DNA of 64,000 bases from Polyangiales bacterium (GTDB lineage Bacteria; Myxococcota_A; Polyangia; Polyangiales; Ga0077539): positions 1-64,000 of the forward strand of contig JBGARZ010000001.1 of the NCBI GenBank assembly GCA_044229975.1, given 5' to 3'. Both the position numbers and the translations under genes were made by a program. This document shows, piece by piece, positions 58,028 to 64,000 of this stretch (positions are counted from its first letter, which is position 1; the number at the start of each line of letters is the position of its first letter). The notes under the pieces were generated by a model, which was given only the letters and a program-made list of their open reading frames with translations, was not told the origin of the DNA and searched no databases.

Positions 58028-59612
58028 CGTCTGTTCCTTCGCCGGCGCCCTCGGCCCCCGCGGCGGGCAGCCATATCACGAAGCTCGCGCCCCCACCGTC
58101 GGCCGCGCTCGCGCGCTCGGCGTCGAGGCTCCCGCCATGGGCCACGGCGATCTCGCGCGACAACGACAGCCCCAGCCCCGACCCCCGCGCCTTCGTCGTG
58201 AAGAACAACTCGAACAGGTGCGCCATCGCCTCCGGACTCAGCCCGGGCCCCGCGTCGCTCACGCACACCGCCGCGCCCGCGACGCCGTCCCTCGCCCTCG
58301 CGATCACCCGCACCGTCACCCGCGGCTCGGCCACCGACGCGAGCTCCATCGCCTCGCGCGCGTTGCGCAGCAGGTTGAGCAGCGCCTGCCGGAGCTGCGA
58401 CTCGTCGGCGCGCACCACCGGAACGCCCGGCTCGATCACCTTCGCGAGCTCCACGCCCGCCACGCTCATCTCCTGCGCGACGAAGAGCACCGTGTCCTCG
58501 ACCAGCGCCCCGAGGTCTTCGCGCTGCAACCGCGGCGTCGGCAGGCGGGCCACGCGCAGGTACTCCTCGGTGATGCGCGTGAGCCGGTCGATCTCCTTCT
58601 GGATGGACCCGACCAGCCGCCGCGACTCGCTCCCCGGCTCACCCAACGCGTCGAGCTCGTCGCCCAGCATCTCGGCGTTGAGCGCCATGGACGACAGCGG
58701 GTTGCGGACCTCGTGCGTGACGTGCGCCGCCATGCGCCCCACCGCCGCCAGCCGCTCGGCCCGCAGTTGCCGCTCGTTGGCCTCGCGCAGCGCGACGTCG
58801 CGCGCCCCCACCGCGCCGACCATGCGCTCGAACTCCTGCGCCAGCTCGCCGATCTCGTCCTCGGCCGTCGGCACGGGCACCGCGTCGAGCTCGCCTCGCG
58901 CCACCGCCCGCGCCCGGTCGCGCAGCCTCGCCAGCGGGTCGAGGATGCGCCGCGCCCGCAGCGTCGTCAGCACCCCGAGCAGCACCGCCACCACCGTCGC
59001 CATCAGCGTCAGGCGCTGCGTCAGTCGCCGCTCGCGCTCGGCCCCCTCGGAGATCACGCGCACCCGGGCCCGCAGGCGACCCACGAGCGCCTTCAGTCGG
59101 GTCTCGGTCTCGATCTCGCGGCTGACCAGCGTGTCCCGCGTCGCGCGCGACGTGACCTCGTCGCCGTGCGCCAGCGCCTGCATCAAGCCGCCGAACGCCG
59201 GCTCGTTGCGGGCGTAGGTGCGGTCGATGAGCCCGATGGTGCGCGAGGCGTCCGCCAGCAGGCTGTGGTCCTCGGCCTCGACGGCGAGCGGGAGGCTGCG
59301 CCGCACCACGCGCTGGACCTCCGCGAGGAAGCCGCGGCGCAGGCTGCGGGTGCGGTCGAAGAAGAACTGCGACCCCTGCCGCTCGCGCTGCTCAAGGATG
59401 CGCTCGAGCACCGCGATGAGGAGCCCCTCGTTGCCGCGCGCGTCTCCCAGCATGAGCGTGATCTGGACGTAGCCCTCGTTGGCCAGCCGCAGCGAACGCA
59501 CCGCCTTCTGCTGCCGGTAGAACGACCACCCCGCCACCGCGCCGAAGGCGATGATCAGCGTCGCAAAGCCCGCCACGATCTGCGTGCGGACGCTTCGGGT
59601 GCGGCGGGCCAT
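58011..59612 (-). CDS. HAMP-domain sensor histidine kinase
   Basis: Two TMs, HAMP (DEIGELA), HEVRNPL, NLLRNA, DAGPG, FFTTK, GSGLGL. Confidence 0.93.
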   Translation of the reverse strand: MARRTRSVRTQIVAGFATLIIAFGAVAGWSFYRQQKAVRSLRLANEGYVQITLMLGDARGNEGLLIAVLERILEQRERQGSQFFFDRTRSLRRGFLAEVQRVVRRSLPLAVEAEDHSLLADASRTIGLIDRTYARNEPAFGGLMQALAHGDEVTSRATRDTLVSREIETETRLKALVGRLRARVRVISEGAERERRLTQRLTLMATVVAVLLGVLTTLRARRILDPLARLRDRARAVARGELDAVPVPTAEDEIGELAQEFERMVGAVGARDVALREANERQLRAERLAAVGRMAAHVTHEVRNPLSSMALNAEMLGDELDALGEPGSESRRLVGSIQKEIDRLTRITEEYLRVARLPTPRLQREDLGALVEDTVLFVAQEMSVAGVELAKVIEPGVPVVRADESQLRQALLNLLRNAREAMELASVAEPRVTVRVIARARDGVAGAAVCVSDAGPGLSPEAMAHLFELFFTTKARGSGLGLSLSREIAVAHGGSLDAERASAADGGGASFVIWLPAAGAEGAGEGTDDAEGR

Positions 59613-59716
59613 CTCCTCGCAACGGCCTACCAGATCGCCCCGCGCGCGACCACCGATGCGATCGCCGCCGTCACGTTGGAGACTCGACCCGCGGGATCTG
59701 GTATCGGCTTCGCCTC

Positions 59717-61414
59717 ATGCGATCCCTCGTGCGTGCGTGGTGGGTGGTTCCTGGTGTGTTGGCGGCGTGCTCCTCGGACCCGGCGCCCGTCGTCGCCGAC
59801 GCGGGCGGCACCGATGTTCCCGTCGTCACCGACGCCGCGGTCACCACCGACACGCCCGCCGTGACCGACGCCCCCGTCGTCGAACAGCGACCCATGGTGA
59901 CCACCAACCGCGGCCCCATCCTCGGCGCCGTCGAGGGCGAGATCGCCCACTTCTACGGCGTCCCCTACGCGGCGCCTCCCCTCGGCAACCTCCGCTGGCG
60001 CGCGCCCGAGCCCGCCACCGCATGGACCGCCCCGCGCGACGCCTCACGCAAGGGTCCGGCGTGTCCGCAGGCCCTCGGCCTCCTCACGGGCGGCAACCTC
60101 ACCAACGAGGACTGCCTCGTCCTCAATGTGTGGACCCCGGCGCCCGCCCTCGCCGCGCCCGCGACCACGCGGCACCCGGTGATGGTCTTCGTGCACGGCG
60201 GCGGGTTCAACGCGGGCACCGGCATGGACGGGCAGTTCGACGGGCCCGAGCTCGCGCGCCGCGGCGCCGTCGTGGTGACCTTCAACTACCGCCTCGGGCA
60301 GCTCGGCTTCCTCGGGCACTCCGCGCTCGCGGCCGAGGACACCGCGCACCACAGCTCCGGCAACTACGGGTTCATGGACCAGCAGGCCGCGCTCCGCTGG
60401 GTGCGCGACAACGCCGCGGCCTTCGGCGGCGACGCGAGCAACGTCACGATCTTCGGCGAGAGCGCGGGCGGCATCTCGGTGTGCGCCCACGTCGTGTCAC
60501 CCCTCTCCGCGGGCCTCTTCCACCGGGCCATCACGCAGAGCGGGCCGTGCAGCTTCCTCATCACCCCGCTGCGTGACGAGGACGCCCGCGCGCCCATCCA
60601 GTCCGCCGTCTCGCAGGGTCGCCTCTTCGCCGAGGCCGTCGGCTGCGGCACCGCCACCGACGTCCCCGCCTGCATGCGCGCGAAGACCGTGGAACAGATC
60701 CTCGCCGCCGCGCCGCGCCCCGTCGAGCTCGAACGCTACGGCGCGCGCTACCAGCCCACCATCGACGGCTACGTCCTCACCGAGCCGCCGTGGGTCTCGC
60801 TCACCGCCGGTCGCTTCAACCGCGTGCCGTTCATCACCGGCTCCAACCAGGACGAAGGAACCGTCTTCACCCGCGGCACGACCATCGCCGACGAGGCCGC
60901 CTACCGCGCCGCCGTCATGCCGCTCGTGCCCGACCACATCGACGACGTGCTGCGCCTCTACCCCGCGTCGGCGTACGGCAACAGCCCGCTCGCGGCCTTC
61001 ACCGCCTTCGCGGGCGACGCCGTCTTCACCTGCGCCTCTCGCGCGCAGGCGCGCCTCGTCGCCGCCACCGGGACGCCGTCGTTTCAGTACTACTTCAGCC
61101 GGCTCAACCAGCGCGCCAACGCGGTCACCATGCTGGGCGTCTACCACTCGGCGGAGATTCCCTACGTCTTCGGTCGCTTCACGGGGTTCTTCGGCCGCAC
61201 CGACGCCGACAGCGCGATCGCCGACGCGATGGGCAACGCGTGGACCCGCTTCGCCGCGACGGGCAACCCCAACGCCGCGGGCTCCACCACCTGGACGGCG
61301 TTCACGGCCGCCAACGACACCTACCTGGAGTTCGGCGACACCACGCGCACGGGCACCGGTCTCCGTCGCGACCGCTGCGACGTGATGGAGCCCTGGATCC
61401 TCCCGACGCGCTGA
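59717..61414 (+). CDS. Carboxylesterase type B lipoprotein
   Basis: GVPYA.PP.G.LRW, EDCL.LNVW, HGGG, FGESAG, H..EI. Confidence 0.93.
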   Translation: MRSLVRAWWVVPGVLAACSSDPAPVVADAGGTDVPVVTDAAVTTDTPAVTDAPVVEQRPMVTTNRGPILGAVEGEIAHFYGVPYAAPPLGNLRWRAPEPATAWTAPRDASRKGPACPQALGLLTGGNLTNEDCLVLNVWTPAPALAAPATTRHPVMVFVHGGGFNAGTGMDGQFDGPELARRGAVVVTFNYRLGQLGFLGHSALAAEDTAHHSSGNYGFMDQQAALRWVRDNAAAFGGDASNVTIFGESAGGISVCAHVVSPLSAGLFHRAITQSGPCSFLITPLRDEDARAPIQSAVSQGRLFAEAVGCGTATDVPACMRAKTVEQILAAAPRPVELERYGARYQPTIDGYVLTEPPWVSLTAGRFNRVPFITGSNQDEGTVFTRGTTIADEAAYRAAVMPLVPDHIDDVLRLYPASAYGNSPLAAFTAFAGDAVFTCASRAQARLVAATGTPSFQYYFSRLNQRANAVTMLGVYHSAEIPYVFGRFTGFFGRTDADSAIADAMGNAWTRFAATGNPNAAGSTTWTAFTAANDTYLEFGDTTRTGTGLRRDRCDVMEPWILPTR

Positions 61415-61421
61415 AGCAGCG

Positions 61422-63176
61422 CTACGGAGTCGGCGTAACGGTGCCGCGGGTGTTGTCCCGCGCGAAGTCCGACACGAGCCCCGGCACCGGGTTGCGCGTG
61501 CCGTCATCGGCCGCCGTCAGCGGGTCGATGTGGGTCATGCCTTCGACGAAGAGCGAGCGAAAGCCACGCTCGCTCATGCGCGTGGCACCCGCCGCGGGCA
61601 GGTCGCTTCCGACCATTGGCGCGACACGGGCGCGCATGCCTTCGAACGCCGACGCACGACCGACGAGCCCGGCGGCGATGGCCAGCACCGGCACGTCGAC
61701 CTCCGCCCCGTGCATCGCGCGAACGCCCTCCCTCACCTGCCAGCTATCGCTCGCGAGGCGGAGGTTGCCGACGATGGCGGTGTCGAGCGAGAGGCGCGTG
61801 GGGAAGTACCACTCGGAGAAGTTGGTGGGCGTCGTGGCCCAGGCCGACGCAGCGTTGGCGAGCGGCGTGAACTCGGCTGGCGTGGCGGCGAGCGCATCGG
61901 TCCACGCGTAGGTCTCGGTGCGCCCGGCGGGCACGGTGAGCTGCTCGGTGCTCGCGAAGGGGTTGGCCACCATGCGCAGCGGACCGCCCGTGGGCTGGCC
62001 GACGGACATGCGCGCGAAGGCGAGCGGGCACGAGCGGTCGTCGAAGGCCATGCCCATCGCCGCGCCATTGGTGAGCGGCGGAACCACCGTGAGGCTGAAC
62101 AACAACCGCAGCACGCGGTCACGATCGGGGTCGCGCACGACGGCGGCCGGCGTGAGCAATGCGCGGCGAGCGACGATCTCGGAAGTGGCGAGCGCCGCGA
62201 CGCCGAGGATGGGCAGCGCAGTGAAATAAGGACCGCTGCGGCGGATGGTCTCGATGCCCGCGGTGCTGCCGAAGGGGCCCGTCATGGAGCCGGTGCGCCA
62301 GGCGGCTTCGGTGGTGGCTGTTCCGCCCGCGACGCCGTCGATGACGACGAGGCCCGCGATGCTGCGGTAGCCCGCGGCGCCGTCGAAGTCCCAGGCGGCG
62401 TACGACTCCACCATGGTCGCGCCGAGCGAGTGGCCCACCAGCACGACGTGCTCGCGTGACTGCGGAACCCGCGCGATGACAGCACGGAGGTCGTTGATGG
62501 TCGTCGCGAGGCCCCACTCGCTCATGAACGACAGCGACGACTCGTTGGGGGCGCGGTAGCCGGGGAAGGCGGTTCCGCCGAGGGTGATGGAGCGGTCGTA
62601 GTAGTAGCCGGCGGCGACCTCGGGGTCGGCGAGGCGGTCGGCGGCGTTCATGCCGCGAAGGTCTTCGAGGAGGTTGGCGCGGCGGTCGATGACCCAGACT
62701 TCCACGGGCGCGCCGGCCGTGACCGAGCGCTTCACCAGCGACCTCGCCAGCGGGTCGAAGGACCCGGCGCCGCCGAGAAAGCCGGGCATCATGACCACCA
62801 CCGAGCGCACCTCCGCGGCGGGCGTGGCGTCGCGCCGGTAGCGCATCACCGGCACACGATTGAACATCGCGGGCGTGGCCGTCATGGCGGTGGGGTTGGC
62901 GGGCGGCGACGGGGCGTCGACGAAGAAGCGCTCGCGACGAACGCCCGCCTCGACGAGCGCACCATCGGGCGGTGGCAGGTCGGGCAGGTCGCGCACCGTG
63001 GGCTTCGGCTCGACGTCGTCGACCACGTCCGCGACGGCGGGTGCATCGACCGTGGGTGCATCGACCGTGGGTGCGTCGACGGCGGTCGAGGCGTCGGGAG
63101 TGGCGGGCGCCGGGTCGGAGCAACCGACGAGGGAGCCCAGCAACGAGAGCACGACCGCGCGCGAGCTGGATGTCAT
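61422..63176 (-). CDS. Alpha/beta-hydrolase lipoprotein
   Basis: Lipobox LVGC; PGF.GG oxyanion; GHSLG nucleophile; C-terminal THID. Confidence 0.8.
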   Translation of the reverse strand: MTSSSRAVVLSLLGSLVGCSDPAPATPDASTAVDAPTVDAPTVDAPAVADVVDDVEPKPTVRDLPDLPPPDGALVEAGVRRERFFVDAPSPPANPTAMTATPAMFNRVPVMRYRRDATPAAEVRSVVVMMPGFLGGAGSFDPLARSLVKRSVTAGAPVEVWVIDRRANLLEDLRGMNAADRLADPEVAAGYYYDRSITLGGTAFPGYRAPNESSLSFMSEWGLATTINDLRAVIARVPQSREHVVLVGHSLGATMVESYAAWDFDGAAGYRSIAGLVVIDGVAGGTATTEAAWRTGSMTGPFGSTAGIETIRRSGPYFTALPILGVAALATSEIVARRALLTPAAVVRDPDRDRVLRLLFSLTVVPPLTNGAAMGMAFDDRSCPLAFARMSVGQPTGGPLRMVANPFASTEQLTVPAGRTETYAWTDALAATPAEFTPLANAASAWATTPTNFSEWYFPTRLSLDTAIVGNLRLASDSWQVREGVRAMHGAEVDVPVLAIAAGLVGRASAFEGMRARVAPMVGSDLPAAGATRMSERGFRSLFVEGMTHIDPLTAADDGTRNPVPGLVSDFARDNTRGTVTPTP

Positions 63177-63214
63177 GACGGTAGGAGTACGCCGACCGCG
63201 CGGCCGTTGCACCG

Positions 63215-64000
63215 TCAGCGCGAAGGCGGAAAGCGCAGGGTCAGACCGAGGCCCACCTGGAGCAGGCGAGCGTCCTCGTCGAGCGAGGCGGTGAGCGGGT
63301 CGTCGTTGAGTTCGAGCACGTGGACGTAGCGCACCACGGGGCCGATCGCGACCGCACGCGACACGCGGAAGTCCACGCCGAGCCCCGCATCGACGCCGAA
63401 GCGCAACAGGCCGCCGGTGAACACCACCGCCCCCGCGGCCGACGCCCAGGGCTGCACCGTACCGTTGCGTACGGTGAGGCGAAGCCCGCCGCCCACCAGC
63501 GTCGCGACGCCCGGGTCGCCCCCGTCGCGCGGGAACAGAACGCCGCCGCTCATCACCTCCAGCCCGAGCACCACGCCCGCCTCACCCGGCGTGGGTCGAC
63601 GGAGGTCGAAGCCGATTCGCAGCGACCCGGCGATTCCGTGGGTGATCGCCTTCACGTTGCCCATGTACGCGCTCGCGTTGGCGTTGCGCTGATACTCCGA
63701 GAGCATGTTGGCGTAGAGCCCCTCGCCCCGCACCGACACCCGCTGCGCGATGCCCTCGGTCGGCGTCACGACGGGCGGCGCCGGTAGCGAGAGCGCCTCG
63801 GTGTCCACCGCCTCGCCGCCATCGGGCGTGAGGCGCAGGCTGAGGCTCGTCGCGCCCGCGTTCCAGCGCACCGGCACCACCCAGTCGCCCGCAGACGCTC
63901 CGGCGCGCGCACCCTCGGGCGCTGCGCCGCCTCGCGCCTCGACCCGCAAGCCGCCCTCCGCGTACGGAACATCCCGCTGATCGACGACACGCAACCGCAC
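63215..64000 (-). CDS. C-terminal part of a protein ending in an outer-membrane beta-barrel (5' end outside window)
   Basis: Alternating amphipathic strands (GVDAGLGVDF, GPVVRY, VGLGLTLRF). Confidence 0.6.
   Translation of the reverse strand: MRLRVVDQRDVPYAEGGLRVEARGGAAPEGARAGASAGDWVVPVRWNAGATSLSLRLTPDGGEAVDTEALSLPAPPVVTPTEGIAQRVSVRGEGLYANMLSEYQRNANASAYMGNVKAITHGIAGSLRIGFDLRRPTPGEAGVVLGLEVMSGGVLFPRDGGDPGVATLVGGGLRLTVRNGTVQPWASAAGAVVFTGGLLRFGVDAGLGVDFRVSRAVAIGPVVRYVHVLELNDDPLTASLDEDARLLQVGLGLTLRFPPSR

Overview
Very GC-rich bacterial chromosome segment with a myxobacterial (Myxococcota, Polyangiales-like) gene complement: many lipoproteins with Asp/Pro/Thr-rich linkers, MYXO-CTERM-like tails, Ser/Thr kinase and PP2C genes. 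It begins with the tRNA-Thr/Tyr/Gly/Thr-tuf operon and carries a second five-tRNA cluster, housekeeping genes (lipB, PNP, cdd, trmO, pal-cpoB, rph, rdgB) and a HelD-like ATPase. Main points of interest: (1) an imelysin / di-haem protein / imelysin / vitamin-K-carboxylase-like (HTTM) operon that shares a 7-1-7 Fur-like palindrome with a FecA-like TonB receptor about 12.7 kb away; (2) a 148-bp element with perfect 41-bp inverted arms inside the HTTM gene, which stays in frame; (3) a second REP/REPIN-like family at two intergenic sites with 43-bp tandem units; (4) a frameshifted redB-redC-like relic; (5) a transmembrane pseudokinase; (6) PIG-B/Alg9-like and TMEM260-like glycosyltransferases; (7) a 54-aa membrane protein absent from the ORF track. 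No CRISPR array, transposase, integrase or rRNA was seen. All family calls come from motif recognition by eye, not database searches.
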